Below, piece by piece: positions 18,052 through 27,979 of a stretch of 57,905 nucleotides of DNA. Under the pieces are notes generated by a model. The model was not told where the DNA came from, made no database searches, and saw only the letters and a list, made by a program, of their open reading frames with translations. The number at the start of each line of letters is the position of its first letter. Position 1 is the first letter of the stretch. Made by a program: the position numbers and the translations under genes. This DNA is from Bacteroidales bacterium (GTDB lineage Bacteria > Bacteroidota > Bacteroidia > Bacteroidales > UBA12077), in NCBI GenBank assembly GCA_028282585.1, contig JANQHR010000151.1, positions 1-57,905 on the forward strand, read 5' to 3'.

Positions 18052-20393
18052 TACTTTTCGATATATTCAGAAATATCGTTTGCAATTTTTAAGATTTTAT
18101 AAATATCACCTTCTTCATTATAAATTGGAGTATATGACTCCATAAACAAGTAAGTATTTCCCTTTATACTAACCTGAGTCTTTTGCTTTTTAACTTTTCC
18201 ACTTCTTAAGTCATTCCAAAACTGAGTATATTGAGATTTTTGTTCTTGTGTAAAGTCAATATTTTCTGAATGACGTTTTCCAATAGCTTCTTCTCGTCTT
18301 ATCTCAAATAAATTTAGGTAAGCATCATTTACAAAAGTCATGTTTTCATTTAAATCATATTCAGCAACATAACTTGTTGAGTTTAATGCGTTAATAAAAC
18401 TTTCCATTTCAACTGTTTTACGTGCGGCTTCCTCCTGAGTTGTTTGCAATTCTTCCATATTTTGTCGCATTTCCTCTTCTTGAGCTGCCATCTCTTCAGC
18501 TTGTTGTTGTGTTTTTTCAAGTAATTGTGTTGTTCTTTCATTCACTTTAACAGAAGATAAAGTCGATGCAATACTTTGCGCAATTTTCTCAACAAATTCA
18601 ATTTCGTGGGCTTCTAAAGAATTAAATGAAGCAATTTCAATTATACCCAGTACTTCCTCTTCAATTTTCAAAGGAGTAATTAATAAACATTTTGGATTAG
18701 AGCCACCCAAACCTGATGTAATTTTAATATAGTCATCAGGAATATCGGTCATATAAACAGTTTCTTTTTCCATAGCACACATACCTACTAATCCTTCGCC
18801 AAGTTCAATTTTCTTTTTGGTAAATTTTCTTCGATCAAACGCATAAGCTGCAATTAATTCAAAGCAGGTATCAGCATTATCTTCATCACTCTTAATAAAT
18901 AATCCTCCCTGGTTTGCTTTCATGTAATTAATTAGGTTAACAATTACATGAAATGCCAGTTCTTCCAGATTATCATTATTTTGCCTCAACACATCACTAA
19001 ACAAAGCTAATCCTTCATTTGTCCATTGTCTTTTTTCATCCTCAACTTTTCTTGCCTCTTCTTCCTCTCGAGCTATTTTTAATTTATTCCGCATATCAAT
19101 AAGTGATTGTCCTAAAATATCATAATCACTTAATAGTCCTATTTCTGTATCATAATTTCCTTCACCAATTTCACTTGCAAATCTTGTTTTTTCTATAAGC
19201 CCGGATATGCTTTTATTTAGAGCATCACCCATTTCCTCAATTTCATCACCTGATTTTATATCTACTCTCATTTCTTTACCAATGTGTCCTTTTGATAGGT
19301 TTTTTAAAAAGTTTGTTATTACTAAAATAGGATTGGTTATACTGTTAGATATTGTATATATTACTAAGCTTAAAATTAAAAGGCCTATAATACCTACCAG
19401 GATTGAAATTCTGAAATTTCTTTCGGCTTTAGCCATTACCTGGTCAATTGGTACTGCAATTCCTATTGACCAAGGTGTACTAGTATTTCCAATAGGTATA
19501 GGACTGTAAACAATATAAAACAAAGAACCATCCAGCCCTAAAGATTTGTACGAGAGAGTCTCCCCGGTTTTAATAGCCTCAATTATATTATATTTTTCTG
19601 CTTCATCCGGAGATATTTCTTCAACAGATTTACCAACCCAATCAGGGTTTGGATTAGCTACATAAACACCATTATTAGACAACAAAAAAGCATTACTATT
19701 TTTAAAAGGTTTTATTTTATCAACAATTTCCTGAAACTGACTTAATTTTATATCCGCTCCAACAACCCCAAGAAATTGGTTATCTTCTATAATAGGTGCA
19801 ACAATACTAGTTTCTAATACTTCATCGGCTTTATTACCGGTATATGAATAATAATATGGATCCAATATAACAGGTCTCTTAGTTTGTTTAGGCAATTGAT
19901 AATAATCACCTGAATAAATACTAACCGCATTGGATTCTATCGATTCATCCAATACAATTACACCACCATCCTTGTAATATAGATGGCCAAAATTTCCGAT
20001 AACAGTGCTACCTTTTTTGTTTTTGTATTGTTCATCCAAAGTATCAATTGAATTTGGTTCCCACGTACTCCAAACTGCTAAAAAATCGGGATTAAATTGC
20101 AATGATTTAGTTAAAATATTAGCTATAACATCTCTTCTGTTTTCTTCATTTATGTCTTTATAAACTAGGAATGTTGTACTTAAATCAACTACTGATGAAT
20201 AATAACTTTCTAAATAAACTTTAACTTGCTGTGCTGCACCTTTTACATAGTTATCCGAGATTTTTATAGCATCTTCATAGGCCATATTTTTACTGGTAAT
20301 ACTAATATAACCTATTGCGAGTATATAAATTATTAACGTGGTTAATAATATAAAAAGCTGGATCTTATGCTTAATTTTTAGCTTAAGTTTCAT
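18051..20393 (-). CDS. Membrane sensor with dCache-HAMP-GAF-coiled coil-PAS and no output domain
   Basis: Two TMs around a Cache domain (YYQLPK..ILDPY.Y..FLGVVGADI), HAMP (DEIEEMG.ALN), GAF (GEGLVG..A.E..CLLITPL..LGIIE), QQQAEEMAAQEEEMRQNMEELQ, terminal PAS. Confidence 0.8.
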   Translation of the reverse strand: MKLKLKIKHKIQLFILLTTLIIYILAIGYISITSKNMAYEDAIKISDNYVKGAAQQVKVYLESYYSSVVDLSTTFLVYKDINEENRRDVIANILTKSLQFNPDFLAVWSTWEPNSIDTLDEQYKNKKGSTVIGNFGHLYYKDGGVIVLDESIESNAVSIYSGDYYQLPKQTKRPVILDPYYYSYTGNKADEVLETSIVAPIIEDNQFLGVVGADIKLSQFQEIVDKIKPFKNSNAFLLSNNGVYVANPNPDWVGKSVEEISPDEAEKYNIIEAIKTGETLSYKSLGLDGSLFYIVYSPIPIGNTSTPWSIGIAVPIDQVMAKAERNFRISILVGIIGLLILSLVIYTISNSITNPILVITNFLKNLSKGHIGKEMRVDIKSGDEIEEMGDALNKSISGLIEKTRFASEIGEGNYDTEIGLLSDYDILGQSLIDMRNKLKIAREEEEARKVEDEKRQWTNEGLALFSDVLRQNNDNLEELAFHVIVNLINYMKANQGGLFIKSDEDNADTCFELIAAYAFDRRKFTKKKIELGEGLVGMCAMEKETVYMTDIPDDYIKITSGLGGSNPKCLLITPLKIEEEVLGIIEIASFNSLEAHEIEFVEKIAQSIASTLSSVKVNERTTQLLEKTQQQAEEMAAQEEEMRQNMEELQTTQEEAARKTVEMESFINALNSTSYVAEYDLNENMTFVNDAYLNLFEIRREEAIGKRHSENIDFTQEQKSQYTQFWNDLRSGKVKKQKTQVSIKGNTYLFMESYTPIYNEEGDIYKILKIANDISEYIEK

Positions 20394-20533
20394 AGGTGAA
20401 GATTTTAAGAAGGTTAGGTCAGAGCAAATATACGATATTTTGGTAAACTGATATTAACTATAAGTTAGGGCTGTTGAATATTAAGTTTAATTTATAATGA
20501 ATTGAACAAATTCTTTTTCTTTTTGTCTAAATA

Positions 20534-20549
20534 TTTAAGTAAGCTTAAA
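20534..20549. promoter_or_regulatory. Putative MntR/DtxR operator
   Basis: TTTAAG-taag-CTTAAA palindrome 23 nt upstream of the regulator ATG. Confidence 0.5.
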
Positions 20550-20572
20550 AATTAATTTAAATATGCTAAATA

Positions 20573-21232
20573 ATGTCAATTGCAACGGAGAATTTTATTA
20601 AGAAAGTATATCAATACGAAATCAATGAAGGATTTGATTCAAGGCCCGGTTCTGTTGCTAAATCGTTAGGTATAAGTAATGCTGCTGTAACAGATATTGC
20701 GCGCAAACTGGCTAAGAAAAATTTGCTAATTTATGAGAAATACAGAGAGTTAAAACTAACTGATGAAGGTAAGAAGTTAGCCTTAAATGTAATTCGTAAA
20801 CATCGTTTATGGGAAACCTTTTTACATAAAATATTCAATCTTTCTCTACATGAAATTCACCGCGAAGCGGAATTATTGGAACATCAGACTTCTGATTTTT
20901 TAGCAGATAAAATTTCACAGTTTTTAGACAACCCGCTTTTTGATCCCCATGGAGACCCTATACCTTCGGTTAAGGGCGAAATCAGTTTTGATGGTGAAAA
21001 TATTACTTTGACCAAGACGAAAGAAGGTACCAGCTATATTATAACCCGACTTCTTGGTTTAGATAAAGAATTATTTGAATTCTGCAGCGTAAACAATATT
21101 AAAATTGGATCGAAATTAACTATAAATAAACAATTTTCTAAAAATGAGATGACTGAAGTTGAACTCTATGGCAAGAGATTGCTTTTAAATAAAGATTTTA
21201 CCAAAAGAATTTATGTTAAAGAAATAATTTAA
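20573..21232 (+). CDS. mntR: DtxR/MntR family metal-dependent repressor with C-terminal FeoA domain
   Basis: ENFIK, LTDEG..AL.VIRKHRLWETFL, IHREAELLEH, P.FDPHGDPIP. Confidence 0.9.
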   Translation: MSIATENFIKKVYQYEINEGFDSRPGSVAKSLGISNAAVTDIARKLAKKNLLIYEKYRELKLTDEGKKLALNVIRKHRLWETFLHKIFNLSLHEIHREAELLEHQTSDFLADKISQFLDNPLFDPHGDPIPSVKGEISFDGENITLTKTKEGTSYIITRLLGLDKELFEFCSVNNIKIGSKLTINKQFSKNEMTEVELYGKRLLLNKDFTKRIYVKEII

Positions 21233-21244
21233 AATGAAAATAAT

Positions 21245-23545
21245 ATGAAACTTACTAAACTATTATCTATGATTTTATTGGGAATTTATTCCTTAAATAT
21301 ACAAGCACAAGAAACAGATGCAAACATATTTGGAGATGTGCAATCGAATCATGAACATGTACCATTCGCAAGTATTTATATTGAAGGAACCAGTATTGGT
21401 ACAAGTACAGATGAAACAGGTCATTATATGCTAATTAACTTACCTCCCGGAGAACATATTTTAATAGCTAAAGCATTAGGTTTTACTACCCAAGAAAAGA
21501 CTATTAAAGTTGAGGAGGGGAAAACAATTGAGGTAAATTTTGAACTTGAAGAAGAAACAATGGAACTTGCTGAAATTGTTGTAACAGGAACAAAAACATT
21601 TAAAAGGGTTACGGAATCGGCGGTTATAGTAAATGTACTAGACAGTAAATCTTTAGAAGCTGTTCAGGCGTGTAACATTTCGGAAGGATTGCGTTTTCAG
21701 CCTGGCTTAAGGGTTGAAACTGATTGCCAAACTTGTAATTATACCCAGCTACGAATGAATGGACTTGGAGGCTCTTATTCTCAAATTTTGATTAATGGAC
21801 GCCCAATATTTAGTCCTTTAACAGGCTTGTATGGTATGGAACAAATTCCTGCGAATATGATTGAGCAAATTGAGGTTGTAAGAGGTGGAGGTTCAGCATT
21901 ATATGGCTCAAGTGCCATAGGAGGAACCGTAAATATTATTACTAAAATCCCAACTAAAAATGATTATAATATTAATATGACGACTTTTAGTATAGATGAG
22001 GGTGCAACCGATTATGTTTTAAATGGTAATATTAATGTGATGACTCAAAAACGTAATGCGGGAGCTGCAATTTTTATTAATCGCCGCCACCGAGAGGCTT
22101 ATGATCATAATGGAGATAATTTCTCAGAACTACCCGAGTTAAGAACAAATTCTTTTGGCGCTAATATATTTTACAAACTAACTCCTAATCAAAAGTTAGA
22201 AGTTAATTTCTCGAGTTTAAATGAATATCGTTATGGCGGTGAAATAATAAATGATCCGGCACATTTGGCATTACAGTCAGAAGAAAGAACTCACCATGTT
22301 TTTATGGGTGGAATTGATTACCAAATAAATTTTAATGATGATAATAGCTCATTAATAACGTACTTTGCTGGTCAGTTAACAGATAGAGATCATTATACAG
22401 GAATTTTTCCGGATGATCCTGTGGATATCGAAACTCACTTAGAAGATCCTCCATATGGTTACACTGAGAATACTACTGTCCAAGTAGGTACGCAGTTAAA
22501 TCATCGTTTAAGTGGTTTCCTTGGAGGATCAAACGTACTTACTATCGGAGGAGAATATTTATTTGATGATGTGTTTGATACTATACCTGCATATGGTTAT
22601 GAAACAGATCAAGTTACAAGAAACTTGGGTGGATTCTTGCAAAGTGATTGGGAGATATTATCAAGTCTGAATCTATTAGCAGGTTTACGAATTGATAAAC
22701 ATAATTTGGTTGATCAGGTAATCTACAGTCCGAGAATTTCTCTGCTTTATAAACTAAAGGATATGACCCAGTTTCGAGTAACATGGGGAACAGGATTTAG
22801 GGCTCCACAGGCTTTTGATGCAGATATGCACATTGCTTTTGCAGGTGGAGGAATTTCAAGAATTTTATTGGCTTCCGATCTAAAAGAAGAGCGCTCTAAT
22901 AGTTTAAGTGCATCAGTTAATTTTGATTATCCAACCGAAAAATTTATTGCAGGATTTACTTTGGAAGGATTTTATACGAATCTGAAAGATGCATTTTATC
23001 TGCAACCTATTGGAGAAGATGCATTAGGAGAACTCTTTGAAAAACGAAATGGACCTGGAGCAACGGTACAAGGAGCAACTATAGAGTTGCGAGCTAATTA
23101 TAACAGAATGATTCAAATGGAAGCCGGATTTACTTTCCAACAGAGCTTATTTGATGAAGCTGTTGAAAATATCGAAGGGTTGGAAGCAAAAAGGGAATTT
23201 CTTAGAACACCAAATCAATACGGATATTTAACACTTACACTAACTCCCACAGAAAAAATAAACGGTTCAATTAGCAGCGTTTATACTGGTCCAATGGAAT
23301 TAGCACGTTTTGAACCAGATGAATATAGAACATCATCATCGTTTACGGAATTAAACATTAAATTAGGATATACTTTCGATTTTGAATCAATTGATTCGGG
23401 CGTTGAATTATTTGGGGGAGTGAGAAACATAACCAATGCTTACCAAAATGATTTTGATTCCGGAAAAAACAGAGATAGTAATTACGTATATGGTCCGGCA
23501 GCACCAAGAACTTTTTATATAGGAGTTGGATTAAAATCATTTTAA
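21245..23545 (+). CDS. TonB-dependent receptor, probable metal uptake
   Basis: Signal peptide, CarboxypepD_reg-like N-domain, plug with ETDCQTC and IEVVRGGGSALYGS, C-terminal YVYGP..PRTFYIG..F; 12 nt downstream of mntR. Confidence 0.9.
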   Translation: MKLTKLLSMILLGIYSLNIQAQETDANIFGDVQSNHEHVPFASIYIEGTSIGTSTDETGHYMLINLPPGEHILIAKALGFTTQEKTIKVEEGKTIEVNFELEEETMELAEIVVTGTKTFKRVTESAVIVNVLDSKSLEAVQACNISEGLRFQPGLRVETDCQTCNYTQLRMNGLGGSYSQILINGRPIFSPLTGLYGMEQIPANMIEQIEVVRGGGSALYGSSAIGGTVNIITKIPTKNDYNINMTTFSIDEGATDYVLNGNINVMTQKRNAGAAIFINRRHREAYDHNGDNFSELPELRTNSFGANIFYKLTPNQKLEVNFSSLNEYRYGGEIINDPAHLALQSEERTHHVFMGGIDYQINFNDDNSSLITYFAGQLTDRDHYTGIFPDDPVDIETHLEDPPYGYTENTTVQVGTQLNHRLSGFLGGSNVLTIGGEYLFDDVFDTIPAYGYETDQVTRNLGGFLQSDWEILSSLNLLAGLRIDKHNLVDQVIYSPRISLLYKLKDMTQFRVTWGTGFRAPQAFDADMHIAFAGGGISRILLASDLKEERSNSLSASVNFDYPTEKFIAGFTLEGFYTNLKDAFYLQPIGEDALGELFEKRNGPGATVQGATIELRANYNRMIQMEAGFTFQQSLFDEAVENIEGLEAKREFLRTPNQYGYLTLTLTPTEKINGSISSVYTGPMELARFEPDEYRTSSSFTELNIKLGYTFDFESIDSGVELFGGVRNITNAYQNDFDSGKNRDSNYVYGPAAPRTFYIGVGLKSF

Positions 23546-23567
23546 ATATTATTGATTATTTCAATTT

Positions 23568-23597
23568 AAAAACAGGAATATTTATTCCTGTTTTTTT
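23568..23597 (+). terminator. Bidirectional-type terminator
   Basis: AAAAACAGGAATA-tt-TATTCCTGTTTTTTT. Confidence 0.8.
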
Positions 23598-23679
23598 GTT
23601 AATCAGATAACAGAAAATTAGCCTAAATATAACCTTACAGAAGATTTTTTATTTGGTCATTTCGAAAATTGATCATAAA

Positions 23680-23706
23680 TTGCACAAAAACACAAAAAGT
23701 GTGCAA
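23680..23706. promoter_or_regulatory. Putative TetR operator
   Basis: TTGCACA-N13-TGTGCAA immediately before the tetR start. Confidence 0.5.
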
Positions 23707-23708
23707 GT

Positions 23709-24296
23709 GTGCAAAAGCAGGAAGTAACCATAAAAAATCCTAAGGATAGCATCATTGCGGTGGCTCTTAGGGTTTTCGGTAAATTGGGAGTGTATAAAAC
23801 TACCATGAACGATATCGCTAAAGCTGCTAAAAAAGGGCGACGTACAATTTATCAATACTTTAAAAGTAAAGAGGAGATTTACCAAGCCGTTTTAGAAAAA
23901 GAAACTGCAAATATGGTTGTTCCTATGAAAGCGATTGTTAAATCTGATTTAACGCCTGATAAAAAATTAAGGGATTACGCGCATCAAAGAATAAATTCAA
24001 TAAACCGAATTGCTGAAAATCATAATGCGTTTAAAATTGGATTTATACAAAACGATAAAGTGATTTTAAAACTTAGAAAGCGTTTTGATCGTTTTGATTC
24101 GGAATTGCTGACAAAAATAGTAAAAGAGGGATCTGTAAAAGGAGAATTTAAAATTGATAATATAGAATTAACGGTAAAAAACATTCAGGTTGGATTAAAA
24201 GGTATGGAAATTGATTTCATAAGAAATAATTGGAATGATGATTGTAAGTTACAGTTAAACCTTTTTATTGATATGATAATAAAAGGAATTATGTAG
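23709..24296 (+). CDS. TetR/AcrR family regulator
   Basis: A.RVF.K.G..KTTMNDIAKAA..GRRTIY.YFKSKEEI helix-turn-helix. Confidence 0.9.
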   Translation: MQKQEVTIKNPKDSIIAVALRVFGKLGVYKTTMNDIAKAAKKGRRTIYQYFKSKEEIYQAVLEKETANMVVPMKAIVKSDLTPDKKLRDYAHQRINSINRIAENHNAFKIGFIQNDKVILKLRKRFDRFDSELLTKIVKEGSVKGEFKIDNIELTVKNIQVGLKGMEIDFIRNNWNDDCKLQLNLFIDMIIKGIM

Positions 24297-24333
24297 TAGT
24301 TCTTATTAAGGTATTTAATTAAAATTATATAAA

Positions 24334-25278
24334 ATGTATATTGACTCTATTGGACATTATTTACCAAACCAGTTGGTTCCGAATGAATATTTTTTGGAAG
24401 TAAATGGGTTGTCTGATGAATGGATATATTCGCGAACAGGAATAAAAACAAGGACAAAAGCATCAGATAACGAAAATACAAATACAATGGGGATTGAGGC
24501 GGTAAGAGAGGCCTCTAAAAATTTACCATACAACCTTGATCAGGTAGACCTGGTTATTGGTGCATCTTATACACCTTACGATACTGTTGGTACACTAGCT
24601 CATACTGTTCAAAGAGAGTTTAACTTAGATGATGCAAAATCGGTATATATTTCTTCAGCTTGTTCATCTGTTCTGAATGCTTTAGAAATAGTTGAAGGAT
24701 ATTTTGCTACAGGAAAATCAGAGCATGCTCTTATTGTTGCATCGGAACAAAATTCATTGTATAATGATGAAACAAATGAAAAAAGCGGGCACTTATGGGG
24801 AGATGGTGCGGCCTGTTTATTTATTTCTAAACATGAAAATCGCCCAAATCAACCCAAAATAGGTGATATATATACTATTGGATTGGGGCACATTGGAAGA
24901 GGAACTACGGGAGTTTATAACCATCCAACTAACGGAGGCATCCAAATGCCTTACGGAAAAGATGTTTTTGTGCATGCGTGTAACTATATGGTAGATGCGT
25001 TGGAGGTTGTTTTAAAAAAATCCGGGTTGTCCATCGAAGATCTTGATTATATAATTCCACACCAGGCGAATATCCGTATTATTGACCATATAGCACACAC
25101 TTTAAATTTACCCGAGGGAAAAATGCTTACTAATATTAAAGAACTTGGGAATACCGGTTGTGCGAGCACATTAATTACGTTATCTCAGAATATGGAGAAA
25201 ATGATCGCTGGAACTCGCGTTGGATTGACTGTTTTTGGTGGCGGATATTCAAGCGGTTCTTCGATTATTCAATTTTAG
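24334..25278 (+). CDS. fabH: 3-oxoacyl-ACP synthase III family
   Basis: WI.SRTGI.TR, SSAC (Cys), WGDGA, IPHQANIRI (His), GNTGCAS (Asn), FGGG. Confidence 0.88.
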   Translation: MYIDSIGHYLPNQLVPNEYFLEVNGLSDEWIYSRTGIKTRTKASDNENTNTMGIEAVREASKNLPYNLDQVDLVIGASYTPYDTVGTLAHTVQREFNLDDAKSVYISSACSSVLNALEIVEGYFATGKSEHALIVASEQNSLYNDETNEKSGHLWGDGAACLFISKHENRPNQPKIGDIYTIGLGHIGRGTTGVYNHPTNGGIQMPYGKDVFVHACNYMVDALEVVLKKSGLSIEDLDYIIPHQANIRIIDHIAHTLNLPEGKMLTNIKELGNTGCASTLITLSQNMEKMIAGTRVGLTVFGGGYSSGSSIIQF

Positions 25279-25316
25279 TAAGAGATTATAAATGGCCAAT
25301 TAATCCTAAGAAAAAG

Positions 25317-26126
25317 CTAACTAAGTTGGTTAGCCGTTTGTTTTATAAAATCTAAGATAATTTTTACCGATTCTTCCATTTCTTCTATAAAGCCCATATG
25401 CCCGGAATTATCTAAAGTACAAAACTTTGATTCTTTAGAAAGTTGAATTTTTGAAGCAACTTTTTCAAAATCTATGTAATTATCATTTTTTCCGGCTATA
25501 TATAAAAATGGGATCTCAGTTTTTTTTAAAGATTCAGAAAGGTCAGGACGGTTCATCATTGCGTGAAGATTTGCGATTATTCCATTTTCTGACGTTTGTA
25601 AAGCAATTTCTATTGTTTTTTTAACCTCGGTTTTAAATTTTCCAAGATTACTTGTGGCAAAGGCATTAGGTATGTTAACTTTTGCAATCAAGTCTTTTTT
25701 ACCATCTTTTACTAATTCAATTTCTCTTAAACGTTTCTTAACGGTTGTTTTGTTATCGGAATATGGATGAGAATGAAGCAACGAAAACCCAAAAAGTTTT
25801 TCAGGAAACAGTTTATGGAACATCAAAGTAATATAACCTCCCATGGAATGACCAATCATAAAAACTTTATCAATATTCAGAGTATTTAGGCAATCATAAA
25901 TGATGGAAGCAATTTGTTGTATGGAATGTTTTTCAGATAATATTTCACTATCTCCATGACCTGGGATATCAAAACAAACTACTCGAAAAGATTTCGACAA
26001 CTCAGAAGAAAAATTATTCCAGACTTCAATGGATTCTAAATAGCCATGTAATAAAATAATAACCTTACCAGTACCAACGTCGGCATACGTTATTTTTCTT
26101 CTATTAAGTAGTAGGCGTTTTTTCAT
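25317..26126 (-). CDS. Alpha/beta hydrolase
   Basis: LLHGYLE, DIPGHGDS, GHSMGG nucleophile elbow, SGHMGF. Confidence 0.9.
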   Translation of the reverse strand: MKKRLLLNRRKITYADVGTGKVIILLHGYLESIEVWNNFSSELSKSFRVVCFDIPGHGDSEILSEKHSIQQIASIIYDCLNTLNIDKVFMIGHSMGGYITLMFHKLFPEKLFGFSLLHSHPYSDNKTTVKKRLREIELVKDGKKDLIAKVNIPNAFATSNLGKFKTEVKKTIEIALQTSENGIIANLHAMMNRPDLSESLKKTEIPFLYIAGKNDNYIDFEKVASKIQLSKESKFCTLDNSGHMGFIEEMEESVKIILDFIKQTANQLS

Positions 26127-26494
26127 TCACTTATGACCCATTCTCGAGCTGCTTCAAGACTGGGAAATATATTAGTTTCCCAATTACTTCCAGACATGAT
26201 TTTATCGTATTCTGCCGTAATTTCTCTCACATAATCGCTTTGTGTTACAACCGCAACTTTCATATCTTTCTTAACATCCGTTTGCGATTTATCCATTACA
26301 CCGATAATGCTTATATCATAAGATGTAATCTTGAACTCTTCGATATCCAAAAAATCAAAGATCTGAAAATTAATAGATTCAAAATTAGCATTGCTAATTA
26401 CATAATTATTGGCATCGATCAAATCCTGAGCATTAACAACTCCACGAAATTTAACATAAACACCATTTTTGTCCCAGTTAATAGTAAATGTCAT
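26123..26494 (-). CDS. Hypothetical protein, possibly SpoIIAA/STAS-like fold
   Basis: 123-aa ORF coupled to the hydrolase (4-nt overlap); KVAVV and F.SLEAAREW C-terminus. Confidence 0.6.
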   Translation of the reverse strand: MTFTINWDKNGVYVKFRGVVNAQDLIDANNYVISNANFESINFQIFDFLDIEEFKITSYDISIIGVMDKSQTDVKKDMKVAVVTQSDYVREITAEYDKIMSGSNWETNIFPSLEAAREWVISE

Positions 26495-26547
26495 ATCATT
26501 AATAATTATGTGGTTATATAATTTTGAATGACAATAAATTATTCAAA

Positions 26548-27837
26548 TTATTTATTAGACATAGATTCTTCAATTTCCTCTACTTCCTTGGGTATACCTG
26601 CCATTAGATCTATTGGTTTCAAGTTTACAATAATGTCATTTTCAATTCTAATTCCAATATTTTCTTCAGGAATATAAATTCCTGGTTCACATGTTAAAAC
26701 CATTCCATCTTCCAAAACTGTTGTTTTTTCTCCTACATCATGCACATCCAGTCCAATAAAATGGCATGTGCCATGCGGATAATACTTCTTGACCAATGGA
26801 TTTTTAGGATCTTGGTTTTCAACATCCTCTTGAGTATAAAGCCCAAGTTTTATATGTTCTTCTTGCAAAAGTTTTTCAACCCTTTCATTAACCCGATTAA
26901 TTGTAGTACCAGGCGTAAGCCAGCTTATTGCTTTCTTCATAACTCTTAATACCGCCTCATAACATTCTTTTTGTCTTGGTGTAAACTTTCCATTAACAGG
27001 AATGGTTCTTGTGCAATCTGCTGCATAATTAGCATATTCTGCTCCAAAATCCATTAAAAGTAGATCACCATCTTTACATGTTTTGTTATTTTCTACGTAG
27101 TGTAATATACATGCACTTTTCCCACTGGCAATAATTGGTGAATAGGCATGACCGGTAGCTTTATTCCATAAAAACTCATGTGTGATTTCTGCTTCAACCT
27201 GATATTCCGTAACTCCGGGCTTAACAAATTTCAAGACTCGGTCAAATGCACTGGCTGTAATTTTACAAGCTTCTTTCATCAATTCAATTTCTTCCTGATC
27301 TTTTTTTAATCTGACACTTTTCATAAGTGGAGCTAGTCGCTCAAGTTCATGTGCAGGAAATTCCTTTTTAACACTTTCAACAAAACGTTCATCTGCAGAT
27401 GCCGTATCAGGTTTAAATTTTGGATTTTCATTCAGGTTCAAAAATATCGTTTCGGCTTTGATGGCTAGTTCCCTAAATATTGATTCAAATTCTGACAAGT
27501 ATTTAATGTTCTTAATTCCTGATGTTTTTTCAGATTCCTCTTTGGTATATTTATGACCTTCCCAAACAGCTATTTTTTCATTACTCTCAATTATAAATAG
27601 TATTTCTCTTAATTCTTTATTCGGATGATTCGGACAAAGAGTTAGTATTGTTTTTTCCTGGTCGATACCACTTAAATAAAACAAATCAGAACTTTGACGG
27701 AAAGGATAGTATTGATCTCCGTTTCTATACATCTGATCATTTGAGTGAACAACTACTAATGAATTTGGCTGTAAAAATTTCACAACCTTTTTTCTATTTC
27801 TTTCAAATAGTGAGCTGCTTAACTGAGGGTACTTCAT
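26548..27837 (-). CDS. pepP: Xaa-Pro aminopeptidase (M24B)
   Basis: FRQSSDLFYLSG, LHY..N, LMDFGAE..YAADCTRT, HG.CHFIGLDVHD, TCEPGIY, GIRIEND. Confidence 0.92.
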   Translation of the reverse strand: MKYPQLSSSLFERNRKKVVKFLQPNSLVVVHSNDQMYRNGDQYYPFRQSSDLFYLSGIDQEKTILTLCPNHPNKELREILFIIESNEKIAVWEGHKYTKEESEKTSGIKNIKYLSEFESIFRELAIKAETIFLNLNENPKFKPDTASADERFVESVKKEFPAHELERLAPLMKSVRLKKDQEEIELMKEACKITASAFDRVLKFVKPGVTEYQVEAEITHEFLWNKATGHAYSPIIASGKSACILHYVENNKTCKDGDLLLMDFGAEYANYAADCTRTIPVNGKFTPRQKECYEAVLRVMKKAISWLTPGTTINRVNERVEKLLQEEHIKLGLYTQEDVENQDPKNPLVKKYYPHGTCHFIGLDVHDVGEKTTVLEDGMVLTCEPGIYIPEENIGIRIENDIIVNLKPIDLMAGIPKEVEEIEESMSNK

Positions 27838-27979
27838 AACTTAGAACTGTTTTAAATTATTGATATTGTGTTTCTAAACATTGGAAATGTATTTATTAGA
27901 AAATATATTTGTTTATAAACATATACATGTTTCTAATTAATTGCAAGTTAAAAATAATGTTCTACAAAAAATCTATTCT

